A DNA stretch of 64,000 bases from Chloroflexota bacterium (GCA_012026785.1 VEOW01000064.1:1365-65364); one strand, 5' to 3'; shown: positions 7,917 through 16,777, numbered from the stretch's first letter. Notes: generated by a model from the sequence alone, not told the origin. Numbers and translations are program-made.

Positions 7917-9386
7917 TCAGGGACTGGGTTCTGTTGTGAACGTCCGGAGGGGGAAGTAGCTTTCCGCCCCTGCCGTCGTGGCCCAGAAGCTCTCGTCGGC
8001 GAGGGGCTGCGTTGTGCCAAGGTAGGCATTCAGGATGCGGGGGATCACGTTGACGGGGGTTGAAGTCGCCGGGAAGAGGCTCGGGTGATCGGGGGTGTGG
8101 GCAAGGAGCAGTGACCGGAACGTCTCGGACCCATCGCCCAGCCAGTGGCGGAACCCATGGTCGGAGAAGAACACCACGACCGATCCTGGCGATGCGTCGA
8201 TGATGGTCCGAGCCGTGTTGAGCACCAGGGTGCTGGTGAATTCAATCTGTTCCACGACGTCCGCCTTCAGGCTCTCGCTGAGCGGTTCGGCGAGGTTGCA
8301 GTCCTCCCAGTAGCAGTCGTCAACGGTCACCGCCGTGCCATCGCGGCGGAAGACGATTGGATGATGGGGAGCCATGACGTGCGCGAAGACGAGTCGTGGC
8401 CCTGCTGACGCCTCTTGGGCGAGGCCCTCGAGAGCCTCGAATGTCCCCAGAATCCGCTGCGCATGGTCCGCGCGGAAGAGCGGGATCATCGAGTAGGTCG
8501 GGTGCTCTGTCAGCAGCCCGTTCGCCATCACCTGGTACTCAAACGCGGAGAGCTGCCCGGCATCGATGAGGCGGTCAGCGCTCCAGGGGGTCAGGTACGC
8601 GACGTCCGTGGGCAGGTGGACGAACTCGTAGCCGAGCTGGCGCGCGACCTGGACCGCGGATGCCCGCGAGATGAGCGAGCTCAGCCATCGATTCTGGGCG
8701 ACGATCCCGCCCGGCGGGTTGGGCATGAGGTCGTCGATCGGTGCCGCGTTGAGGAATGACGCCAAGGTCAGGCCCGTCCTGTTGTAGTTCGAATGGGCAC
8801 GCTCGGCAAGGTCGAATCCCAGCCGGTCGGCTTCCTCGAGGAACTCCGAATTGTCGAAGCCGCGCGCCGATTTGAGAGTGTCGGCGCGCGGGTAGCCATC
8901 AAGGAGCACGAGGTAGATGTCGGGCGCGTCGAAGGGGCCAGCCGTGGCGGGCCGAGGCGGTGTGGCGCTACTCGGGAGGCCAACCGTGGCGAGGCCAACC
9001 GACAGCACCAGTGAGCCGACGGTGGCAATGCCCACGAAGTTGAGGAAGCGAGTCAGACCGCTCCAGTCGGGCGCTGAGGGACGTCGCCGTCGCACCGAGG
9101 TCCATGCCACCCCAAGCGCCCCAATGGCAAGCACAACGGCCGCGATCCGCAGGTCAACGGCGGCCACGACCGCCAGCGCGGCGAGGTAGGAGCCCTGGGC
9201 CGCCCCCAGTGCCCGACTGAGCATGAATTGGAGCAGAAGCGCCACGAGCACGACGACCCCGAGAGGCCGCACCAGTGCGAATACCGGTGGCCACCACGTG
9301 ACGAACTGCCCGACGACGCATCCGGCCGCGAGCAGGGTCGGATAGACGGCAATGGACCAATGTGACCCTATCCGGCGCCCGAGCAT
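7917..9386 (-). CDS. Membrane-anchored sulfatase/LtaS-like (alkaline-phosphatase superfamily) enzyme, paralogue A
   Basis: 489 aa with about 5 N-terminal TM helices, followed by DIYLVLLDGYPRADTL, HSNYNRTGLTLAS, LVFAHVMAPHHPIVF and VVVFFSDHGF. It is a clear paralogue of 38899..40383. Confidence 0.7.
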   Translation of the reverse strand: MLGRRIGSHWSIAVYPTLLAAGCVVGQFVTWWPPVFALVRPLGVVVLVALLLQFMLSRALGAAQGSYLAALAVVAAVDLRIAAVVLAIGALGVAWTSVRRRRPSAPDWSGLTRFLNFVGIATVGSLVLSVGLATVGLPSSATPPRPATAGPFDAPDIYLVLLDGYPRADTLKSARGFDNSEFLEEADRLGFDLAERAHSNYNRTGLTLASFLNAAPIDDLMPNPPGGIVAQNRWLSSLISRASAVQVARQLGYEFVHLPTDVAYLTPWSADRLIDAGQLSAFEYQVMANGLLTEHPTYSMIPLFRADHAQRILGTFEALEGLAQEASAGPRLVFAHVMAPHHPIVFRRDGTAVTVDDCYWEDCNLAEPLSESLKADVVEQIEFTSTLVLNTARTIIDASPGSVVVFFSDHGFRHWLGDGSETFRSLLLAHTPDHPSLFPATSTPVNVIPRILNAYLGTTQPLADESFWATTAGAESYFPLRTFTTEPSP

Positions 9387-10517
9387 CTACGGGGCCAGTG
9401 CCTGGGTAAAGTGGAGCGCGGCGAACACGACGAACAGCGCAGCGAGTCCGGCAAGTCCAACGAGCTCGAACCATCGTGCCTTGCGTTTGGCCAGAACCCA
9501 CGAGAAAGGCCATGCAACGGCCATGTACCTCGCAACCGACTGCAGGAGCGAGGTGTTTAGGAACATCGCACCAAACGTGCCGATCCACATCACGGCGACC
9601 AATACGACATGCGCAGCCGGGAAGCGGTCATGGCGGAGGTACACAAGAAGGAAGGTGTAGAGGCAAAGGATGCCGATCAGGAGCAGCACAATCGGATCGA
9701 ATCGATCGAGGACCGGTGTCGTGTTCCCAGTGGCCGGACGCCCGATGTTGCTCCATGCTTCTTGGGCCTTGAGCATGCCGAAGGGCTCACCGAAGGACAG
9801 TCCAAGCAAGAGCGCGAATGCGCCAAAGCCCAAAGGTCCTGCCAACAACCAGAACATCCTTCGAGATCGCCAGCTCTCCACATGTCGCCAGCCGCCCATG
9901 TCGTTCGCGATGAGCACGGCGAGTGGGAGGCCGATCAAGAGCCCCTGTGCGCGTGTGAGTGTCGCGAGTCCATACAACACAGCCATCAGCCACCACCGCC
10001 GATGCTCGGCGGCTAGGAATGCGCCTGCAGCGAGCAGCAGGAACAAGCTGTCGGTGTATGCCATCGCGAACGCCACGGCGCCCGGGGCGAACGTCACGAA
10101 CGCCAGGCTGCGGACCGCCCGATCGTGGTCGAGGTGGTTGAGTGCCAAACGGTAGAGGACGGCCAGCGCGGCCACGAAGGCGAGGTTTGCCACGAGGATC
10201 CCGGCGATCGTGATATCGCCAAGAGTCAGGACCGACGCCGCCCGCGTGACGAGGGGATACAGTGGGAAGAACGCCCAATCTCGGAAAGCTTGGCTGACCG
10301 GCTCGGCGTGGTAGCCCTCGGCGGCAATCCCGAGCAGGTACACGGAGTCCGACCCCGTCAGGCTCCGGAGGACGATGCGCTCGTCGAAGGCAGGGCCGGC
10401 GTACCCAAGCGGGATGTTGTTCTCAAGGAACAACGCGAGGAGGACGAGGATCCCGCGGGAGACGACGAAGAGCGCCGCGATCGCCGCCCCCGCCTCCCTC
10501 CATCGCATGGCTTGCAT
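9387..10517 (-). CDS. Polytopic membrane glycosyltransferase, GT-C superfamily (PIG-V/mannosyltransferase-like)
   Basis: 376 aa and about 9-10 TM. The N-terminal luminal-loop region VVSRGILVLLALFL...DSVYLLGIAAEGY...FFPLYPLVTR resembles bacterial mannosyltransferase (PIG-V) family proteins. The family call is by pattern only. Confidence 0.6.
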   Translation of the reverse strand: MQAMRWREAGAAIAALFVVSRGILVLLALFLENNIPLGYAGPAFDERIVLRSLTGSDSVYLLGIAAEGYHAEPVSQAFRDWAFFPLYPLVTRAASVLTLGDITIAGILVANLAFVAALAVLYRLALNHLDHDRAVRSLAFVTFAPGAVAFAMAYTDSLFLLLAAGAFLAAEHRRWWLMAVLYGLATLTRAQGLLIGLPLAVLIANDMGGWRHVESWRSRRMFWLLAGPLGFGAFALLLGLSFGEPFGMLKAQEAWSNIGRPATGNTTPVLDRFDPIVLLLIGILCLYTFLLVYLRHDRFPAAHVVLVAVMWIGTFGAMFLNTSLLQSVARYMAVAWPFSWVLAKRKARWFELVGLAGLAALFVVFAALHFTQALAP

Positions 10518-10531
10518 GCTACCGTCCCGCC

Positions 10532-11758
10532 GTGGCCGCGAACACGTTCGGTCTTCGGCTGCTCGCCCGGCCGGCGGTCCAGCTTGCGGTCCTCGTCGTC
10601 CTCGCGGCGATCGCTCTCGCCTTCCGCGGTCTCCAGTTCTGGGTCCTGACCGGCGAGATCCAGTGGGGCTACGACTTCTCGTTCTACTGGCTGGCCGGGC
10701 GCCGCCTCCTCGAAGGCGAGTCCATCTACTCGGCGGCCCAGCTCGCCGGGCCCTACTCGCCCCAGGGCCAGGACGGCTTCCTCTACCCGCCGCCGCTCGC
10801 CGCGGTCATCACCCCGCTGTCCGCCCTGTTCGAGACCGACTACCGGCCGGCGAACTGGATCTGGGCTGGGATGGGCGCCGCCGTCCTCGTCGTATCGATC
10901 CTCGCGATCGGGCGGTTCGAACGCCTCGGCGCGCGCTACCCGCTCCTGGCCGGGGGTCGCCGCTGGCTGCTCGTCGCGGCGGCGTTCGCCTTCCCCCCGG
11001 TCGTCGGCGAGCTGGTCATGGGCAACGTCCACCTGCTGCTGCTGGGGCTGTTCGCGGTCGCCTGGCCCGGTCTTCGTCGAGGCGACGCGCAGGGCGAGTG
11101 GCGGGCCGGCCTGGCGGTCGGGATCGCCGCGGTCGTCAAGGTCTTCCCGGGTCTGCTGATCGTGTGGTTCCTCGCGTCACGGCGCTACCGGGCCGCGGCG
11201 GGCGTCGTCATCGGGGCGCTGGTCGTGACGATCGCGACCCTCGAGTTCACCGGGGTCGAGCCATGGCGCCAGTACCCGACCGTCCTCGCCAACCTGTCGG
11301 CCCCGGCGGATGTGACCGACACCCTCGCGCCGACCGTCTGGCTGGCGCCCGTTCTCGGGTTCGAACCCGCCCGCTGGCTGATCGCGGCGATCGGGGTCGC
11401 CCTCGTCGTCATCGTCGGACTCCGGTTGCGACGCGACGTTCCGTCCCAGGCCCGTCCGACGACGCTCGCCGCGAGCTTCGGGGCCGCCGTCACGGTCTCG
11501 ATCCTCGTCGCCCCGGCGCTCTACCACCACTACCTCGCGATCCTCGTCCTGCCGCTCTTGCTCGGGCTCGTGGCAGGCGTCCAGGTTCGATGGCTGGCCC
11601 TCGCCTACCTCCTGATGTGGGGCGGCCAGCAGGACGCCCTCGGCGAGTGGTCGTGGCTCGTCAACCGGGCCCTGCCGACGGCCGGGGCGCTGGTGCTGCT
11701 GGTGGCGCTGGTGGTTCGCGTCAGGCCGACTCGGCCTGGGTTCGAACCTCGACCGTGA
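10532..11758 (+). CDS. DUF2029/GT87-like polytopic glycosyltransferase (polyprenol-phosphate-sugar dependent alpha-mannosyltransferase family)
   Basis: 408 aa. Motifs: GYDFSFYWLAGRRLLEGESIY, GFLYPPPLAAVITPL, GNVHLLLLGLFAVAW, VKVFPGLLIVWFL. It is one of four paralogues in the window. Confidence 0.8.
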   Translation: MAANTFGLRLLARPAVQLAVLVVLAAIALAFRGLQFWVLTGEIQWGYDFSFYWLAGRRLLEGESIYSAAQLAGPYSPQGQDGFLYPPPLAAVITPLSALFETDYRPANWIWAGMGAAVLVVSILAIGRFERLGARYPLLAGGRRWLLVAAAFAFPPVVGELVMGNVHLLLLGLFAVAWPGLRRGDAQGEWRAGLAVGIAAVVKVFPGLLIVWFLASRRYRAAAGVVIGALVVTIATLEFTGVEPWRQYPTVLANLSAPADVTDTLAPTVWLAPVLGFEPARWLIAAIGVALVVIVGLRLRRDVPSQARPTTLAASFGAAVTVSILVAPALYHHYLAILVLPLLLGLVAGVQVRWLALAYLLMWGGQQDALGEWSWLVNRALPTAGALVLLVALVVRVRPTRPGFEPRP

Positions 11759-12479
11759 TCGACGAGCCGGCGTCGGCGGTCAGGGCCAGCCGCCACCGGC
11801 CGGCCTTCGGGTTCAGCGGCACGACGGCCTCGATCCGTCGGCCCGTCATCTCCTCGACGAGTTCGTGCCTCGCGAGGTCCCGCCAAGTGAAGAATCGAGC
11901 GAGCTGACGCTGCAGCATCCCGACGTACGCCGCGGTCAGACCGCACAGTCGATCCGCGATGACCATCCGCCGCGACACCGTCGCCAGGCCACGCAGATCG
12001 GCGAATGCCCGGGGCCATGGCATCTCGACGCCCGGCGCGAAGCGTGAGACGTCTTCGATCGGCGGCAGGTACACGGAGCTGACGGGGTCGTTGCGCTCGA
12101 CCGCCGCCCAGCTGATCGCGTCGGTGATCGCGCCGTTTTCACCAACGAGCGTGACGGCCGGTTCGGGGACAATCGGGGCGACCGTCAGTCGGCAGTCGAC
12201 GTGGTCCGCGCTGATGTCCTGGTTCTTCTGCCGGTCGATCTCGCACGAGTGCGTGACGACGAGGGCGAACATCGTGTCGAGCGCGACCTCGCGGCCGTGC
12301 GGAAGCCGGAAGAGCGCCGGGTTCGGGTAGCCGGGGATCCGGCCGATCGGGTCGAAGACCTCCCCGGGTGGGGTCTCGCCGGTGACGCGCGTCCTCGCCA
12401 GCGAGAGATAGGCGATGTCGCCCGAGCTCAGCTTCCCCGAGTCATCGACCGGGCGATAGACCTCAGCCGCGTCGGGCAT
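11721..12479 (-). CDS. Hypothetical cytoplasmic protein with no family recognised; downstream partner of an XRE regulator (candidate toxin/effector)
   Basis: 252 aa with no TM helix or signal peptide. Its start overlaps the upstream XRE gene by 17 nt. Its 3' end overlaps the convergent GT87 gene by 38 nt. Conserved-looking blocks: SGDIAYLSL, FALVVTHSCEIDR, RLTVAPIVP, FADLRGLATVSRRMV. Confidence 0.6.
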   Translation of the reverse strand: MPDAAEVYRPVDDSGKLSSGDIAYLSLARTRVTGETPPGEVFDPIGRIPGYPNPALFRLPHGREVALDTMFALVVTHSCEIDRQKNQDISADHVDCRLTVAPIVPEPAVTLVGENGAITDAISWAAVERNDPVSSVYLPPIEDVSRFAPGVEMPWPRAFADLRGLATVSRRMVIADRLCGLTAAYVGMLQRQLARFFTWRDLARHELVEEMTGRRIEAVVPLNPKAGRWRLALTADAGSSITVEVRTQAESA

Positions 12480-12849
12480 CGACGGTCGGCATGCCCCCGA
12501 AGAACTCGTCTGGCGTCACATCGGCGATGTCGTCTCCGGCGCCGGACTCCAGCGGCGACGGGTACCGGACGGCCTGTCGGGCCCACATCACATCCCGAAT
12601 CGCTGCGGCGAGGCGGTCGGCGCGCGAGCTTGACGGGTCGCCCGGGTGGACCGGCTCATCCTCGAGCAAGAGGGCGACCGGAACCTCCAGGGCGTTCGCG
12701 ATTCGGCGGATCGTCCCGACCGCTACGCGGTCGATGGGGGTCTCGCCAGTGGCGAGCATGCGGACGGTTCGCGCCTGGAGGTGCGCCCGCCGTGCGACGG
12801 CCGCATACGACGCGTCGCGCGCCTCGATGATGCTGCCGATCTTCGTCAT
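12463..12849 (-). CDS. XRE/Cro-type helix-turn-helix DNA-binding protein with an unassigned C-terminal half (candidate antitoxin/regulator)
   Basis: 128 aa. The HTH region is ASYAAVARRAHLQARTVRMLATGETPIDRVAVGTIRRIANALEVPVALLLE. An inverted repeat lies 21 nt upstream of the start. Confidence 0.75.
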   Translation of the reverse strand: MTKIGSIIEARDASYAAVARRAHLQARTVRMLATGETPIDRVAVGTIRRIANALEVPVALLLEDEPVHPGDPSSSRADRLAAAIRDVMWARQAVRYPSPLESGAGDDIADVTPDEFFGGMPTVDARRG

Positions 12850-12869
12850 CCCGCCTCCAGTGCGCTGAA

Positions 12870-12887
12870 GCGCATGATGTCATGCGC
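12870..12887. promoter_or_regulatory. Inverted repeat GCGCATGA-tg-TCATGCGC in the divergent XRE/LCP intergenic region (candidate XRE operator)
   Basis: Read directly: 8-bp perfect arms with a 2-nt spacer, 21 nt upstream of the XRE start. A second small palindrome, GACG-ca-CGTC, is at 12891-12900. Confidence 0.4.
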
Positions 12888-14327
12888 TGTGACGCACGTC
12901 AATGGTCACGTTGGCCCTTTCAGGTTTGGTCTGGCGGGCTACACTCCCGAGCCGTGGGTCAGCCTCAGACCGTACGGCCCGGCCGCCCGCTCGCGCTGGC
13001 GGCGGTCCTGACGTTTCTCTGGCCCGGCCTCGGGCAACTGTTTGAGGGACGCCGAGGGACGGCTGCCCTCTTCGCCATCCCCCTGCTGCCCATCGCGCTC
13101 GTCGGGGTGCTGTTCCTGGCCGATGGAGCAGAGGTAGCCGCCCTCAGGCTGTTCGACCCGACCCTCGCGATGACGGTGTTCTGGCTGGTCGTGGCGGTCG
13201 CGGCATGGCGACTCGTGGCGCTCGGGGAGCACCTCGTCGTCCGCGGTCGTGGCCGAGTTCGCCGATCGGAGCTGGTCGTGGTCGGGCTGCTCGCCCTGCT
13301 CGTCTTCGAAACGCACGCAATCGTCGGCAACATCGCCCTGTCGTTCCACGACGCCGGCACCGCGATCTACGACCCCGGACCGACGCCGGGCCCGAACGAC
13401 ACGCCGCGGCCGAGCGGCGTGCCCGAGCCCAGCCCTTACGAGACGCCGGCGACCGCGGAATCTCGGATCAACGTCCTCCTGATCGGGGTCGACTCCTCCA
13501 GCACCCGCTCGCACGCCCTGACCGACACCCTCATCGTCGCAAGCGTCGATCCGGCCTCTGGCGACACCTCGATGGTCAGCTTCCCTCGAGACATCGCCGA
13601 GTTCCCGATGTACACCGGCGGGACCTACTTCGGCAAGATCAATTCCTTCGCCAACTACGCCGAGCGGCACCCACGCCAGTTCCCGGACGGTGGGATCCCA
13701 TCGCTGATGCGGCAGCTCGGGTTCCTGCTCGGCATCCCCATTCACTACTACGCGTCGGTCAGCCTCGAGGGCTTCGTCAAGGTCATCGATGCCCTCGAGT
13801 ATGTCGACGTCAACAACCCGCGTGAGATCGCCGATCCGCGGTACGGCGGCTGGACGGACGGACGGCCGATCGGCTTCTACCTCCCGAAGGGCCCGCAGCG
13901 TCTCGACGCCCAGGAGGCGCTGGCCTACGCTCGCTCCCGGATGGGTGCCGGCGACAGCGATTTCACCCGGGCGGCCCGGCAGCAACAGCTCCTCTCGGCC
14001 GTCCGCGCTCGCGTAACCGACCCGTCGCTCCTGCCCCGGCTGCCATCGATCCTGTCCGCCGTCGGCGAGACCATCCGGACGAACTTTCCACCTGACCGGC
14101 TGAGCGAGATGCTCCTGCTTGCGAGGCGGGTTGACGACGGGGCCACGAAGCGCGTCGTGCTCGGCCGCCCATATTCCTTCCACCCGCCGACGAACTCGAC
14201 CGGCGGGACCTACATCCTTCGACTCCGGATGCCGCGCGTCGAGGCCCTGTCGGTCGAGCTGTACGGCCAGGACAGTGCGTACTGGACGCCGGACGCAGGT
14301 CCGGCGCCTACACCCATGAGGAGCTGA
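12882..14327 (+). CDS. LytR-CpsA-Psr (LCP) family glycopolymer-to-wall ligase, copy 1
   Basis: N-terminal TM anchor, then INVLLIGVDSSSTRSHALTDTLIVASVDPASGDTSMVSFPRD and ALAYARSRMGAGDSDFTRAARQQQLL. The true start is probably the in-frame GTG at 12954 (VGQPQTVRPGRPLALAAVL...). The track start at 12882 sits inside the candidate XRE operator. Confidence 0.85.
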   Translation: MRCDARQWSRWPFQVWSGGLHSRAVGQPQTVRPGRPLALAAVLTFLWPGLGQLFEGRRGTAALFAIPLLPIALVGVLFLADGAEVAALRLFDPTLAMTVFWLVVAVAAWRLVALGEHLVVRGRGRVRRSELVVVGLLALLVFETHAIVGNIALSFHDAGTAIYDPGPTPGPNDTPRPSGVPEPSPYETPATAESRINVLLIGVDSSSTRSHALTDTLIVASVDPASGDTSMVSFPRDIAEFPMYTGGTYFGKINSFANYAERHPRQFPDGGIPSLMRQLGFLLGIPIHYYASVSLEGFVKVIDALEYVDVNNPREIADPRYGGWTDGRPIGFYLPKGPQRLDAQEALAYARSRMGAGDSDFTRAARQQQLLSAVRARVTDPSLLPRLPSILSAVGETIRTNFPPDRLSEMLLLARRVDDGATKRVVLGRPYSFHPPTNSTGGTYILRLRMPRVEALSVELYGQDSAYWTPDAGPAPTPMRS

Positions 14328-15385
14328 TGAACGAGATCCGGGCGCGTCTGGCGAGACTACCGCTGGCCGGACGCGTTTTCGTCACGCTCGCCCCGATTGC
14401 CGTCGCCCTGGTGGCGGTCATCGTGCTGTCCAGTCCATCGGCCCCGACGACGGCCGTCGCGACACCCACCCCGCCCGCACCGACTGCGGTACCGAGCAGC
14501 GCGCCACCCGCGACCATCGAACCAGCCACGCCGTCGCCCGGACCGACGGACGCCGCTGCCGATCCGCTGCTGGGTCTCGACGGCCGCTTCACGATCCTGC
14601 TCCTTGGCAGCGACTACCGGCCCACCCACCCGGGCAATCGGACGGACGCGATCATGGTCGTCAGCATCTCGCCCGTCGACGGCTCGGTGGCGGCGCTGAG
14701 CATCCCGCGCGATACCGCTCGCTTTCCGCTGCCCGACGGTGGCGTATACGACAACAAGATCAACGCCCTCTACCAGGCCACGATCGCGCGGCTCGGCCGC
14801 GAGCCGGCGGGGACGGAGATCAAGCGGATCATCGGCACGGGACTCGGTATCGAGATCGACTGGTACGCGGTGATCGGGATGTACGGCGTCACCGAGCTGA
14901 TCGATGCGATCGGGGGCGTCGACGTCACGCTCGAAACGGCCGTGAACGATCCCTACTACTGGGTCAACAGCCATACCCAAGGAGTGCACTTCCCGGCCGG
15001 CAAACAGCATCTCAACGGCGCGCGGGCGTTGATCTTCGCCCGGACCCGCCAGGGCGACAGCGACTTCCAGCGGGCGCGGCGGCAGCAGATCCTCGTTCTG
15101 GCGACCGCGAGCAAGGTTCTCGACCGCGGTGAGGGACGGCTGCCGGCCCTCGTCAAGCTCGTCGCTGACTGGGTTCGCTCGGACCTCGGCCTCGAACAGG
15201 CGGCCGCGGTCTACGCACTCGTCCAACGAGCCGACCTTGAGAACGCCCAGTCCGTCGTCCTCGGTCCCCGCTATGCCGACAAGATCCCGGGATCGGTGAG
15301 CTATGAGCTCAGGCTAGACAAGGTCCGGGCCCTCACCGCGGAGTGGTTTGCCCCGGCCGAGCCGACGCCTGCGCCGTCGTCCTAG
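14327..15385 (+). CDS. LytR-CpsA-Psr (LCP) family glycopolymer-to-wall ligase, copy 2
   Basis: TM anchor and a P/T/A-rich linker, then FTILLLGSDYRPTHPGNRTDAIMVVSISPVDGSVAALSIPRD and ALIFARTRQGDSDFQRARRQQIL. Its start overlaps the copy-1 stop (ATGA). Confidence 0.85.
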   Translation: MNEIRARLARLPLAGRVFVTLAPIAVALVAVIVLSSPSAPTTAVATPTPPAPTAVPSSAPPATIEPATPSPGPTDAAADPLLGLDGRFTILLLGSDYRPTHPGNRTDAIMVVSISPVDGSVAALSIPRDTARFPLPDGGVYDNKINALYQATIARLGREPAGTEIKRIIGTGLGIEIDWYAVIGMYGVTELIDAIGGVDVTLETAVNDPYYWVNSHTQGVHFPAGKQHLNGARALIFARTRQGDSDFQRARRQQILVLATASKVLDRGEGRLPALVKLVADWVRSDLGLEQAAAVYALVQRADLENAQSVVLGPRYADKIPGSVSYELRLDKVRALTAEWFAPAEPTPAPSS

Positions 15386-16649
15386 GTTCGGGATTTGGAG
15401 GTCGCCTCAAAGCCCTTCGAACGAGCGTGACGGAACCGGGCCGCGCGGCGGCCCACCAGGCGGCGGTGACGGCGACGGTCAGCAGGAAGCCGTTCAGGCT
15501 CGTGGCGTACGTTCGAACGAAGGCGACCGTGATGAGCGCCGCCGCCGCTCGATCCACAGGGCTCGCACCCAGTCGTCCGAGCAGCCGTCCGCAGCCCTGG
15601 GTGGCGAGGCCCAGGAGCAGCATCAGGCCGAGCGCGAGCGGTACACCGGCATTCACCCATGCCTCGGCGAGGATCCCGGGTGCGGCGAATGCCGGCTCAG
15701 TGCCGGGAAACAGGCGTTCATAGAGCCAGACGCCAAGTGGTGGGTGGTCGTCAGGGATCCCGAGCAGGGGCGACAGCCGGCGGACGTAGGTCGCGCCCGC
15801 CCAGAACGGTTCGTCGCTGGGAATGGCTTCGACGGCCACGTCGATCGTCTGGGGCTGGATCAGTACGATCCGCCCGACGCTGCGGTTCCACGCGAACTCG
15901 AGGAAGTCAGGTACATCCCGGAAGGACGCTTCCGGGCCCATCCGCGCGAGAAGCACACCGAAGAACAGGACGACGGCCAAACCGGTAAGCAGGAGCCATG
16001 TGCGGGGTCGGGGCCGCCAACCACTCCACCAGGCCATGAGGAGCCCGGCGAGCAGGAGCTCGAAGGGCAGCGCACGCGAGGCGAGCAGGACCTCGAGCAC
16101 GCTCACGGCGCCGACGACCAGTGCGGCAGTGGCAAGCCGCTTGGCGGTGCGCGCGGCAAGCGCCCAGCCGAGCACGACCAGCGCCGCCGGCGGAACGAGC
16201 CAGCGGAAGGCATCGAAGACGAGGCCACCGAATGCCGGCCGGGACGCTTGCGGGTCCAGACTCAGGAGCGGGATTCCAGCCCGGGCCACGATCGACCCCA
16301 GCGCGACCAGTCCCGCGATGGCGGCCAGCCACACCACCCACCACCGCACCGGCGAATCGTTGGTTCCACTCGGGATGGGTGCCATCCGCCCCCACGCCCA
16401 GGCGCCAAGTATGGAGCCGGCCCCGGCGGCAGCCATTGCGATGGCGGCCAGAAGCGGCCCACCGGTCGCGCCGCCCGCGGCGAGGATGATGGAACCCGCC
16501 GCGACGAGGACGACAAGCGATAGCGTGAGTGCGCGAGTGGGCGTCGCAGGCTCGAGTGGGCGGTTTGGCGGGCCCCCGCTCCACCAAGCGAGGACGGTGC
16601 CGACGATGACACCCGCCAGCGTGAGGACGACGACGATGGGTGGCGACAT
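15333..16649 (-). CDS. Polytopic integral membrane protein, possibly a Wzy/O-antigen-polymerase-like protein
   Basis: 438 aa, at least 10 hydrophobic segments, no soluble domain. It sits in the glycan cluster. The function is inferred from context only. Confidence 0.5.
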   Translation of the reverse strand: MSPPIVVVLTLAGVIVGTVLAWWSGGPPNRPLEPATPTRALTLSLVVLVAAGSIILAAGGATGGPLLAAIAMAAAGAGSILGAWAWGRMAPIPSGTNDSPVRWWVVWLAAIAGLVALGSIVARAGIPLLSLDPQASRPAFGGLVFDAFRWLVPPAALVVLGWALAARTAKRLATAALVVGAVSVLEVLLASRALPFELLLAGLLMAWWSGWRPRPRTWLLLTGLAVVLFFGVLLARMGPEASFRDVPDFLEFAWNRSVGRIVLIQPQTIDVAVEAIPSDEPFWAGATYVRRLSPLLGIPDDHPPLGVWLYERLFPGTEPAFAAPGILAEAWVNAGVPLALGLMLLLGLATQGCGRLLGRLGASPVDRAAAALITVAFVRTYATSLNGFLLTVAVTAAWWAAARPGSVTLVRRALRRPPNPEPRTTAQASARPGQTTPR

Positions 16650-16777
16650 CGCCAGGAGTATGGCGTCCGCGGCGGACTGGAGCGTTCGAATTCGCCACGC
16701 GCGGGGCGCCCTCAGCCGCTATCGTGTCGCCCGGCTTCCGCAATACTGAGGACCGTTTGGCGAGGAGGATCGGTTTC

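Noticed and set aside
12939-14183. Long antisense or out-of-frame ORFs listed in the track. Examples: 12939-14183 (414 aa), 10375-11907 (510 aa), 22696-24048 (450 aa), 26395-27906 (503 aa), 33635-34972 (445 aa), 41634-42881 (415 aa), 44126-45268 (380 aa), 46777-48204 (475 aa), 49561-50994 (477 aa), 51749-53083 (444 aa), 55359-57050 (563 aa), 57927-59285 (452 aa), 62683-63900 (405 aa).
   Set aside because: Each lies opposite to, or out of frame with, an ORF carrying clear family motifs (LCP, GT87, GT4, MFS, HD-GYP, DnaB, DinB and others). Their translations are Arg/Gly/Pro/Asp-rich low-complexity strings, typical of non-coding frames in high-GC DNA, and none shows a recognisable motif.
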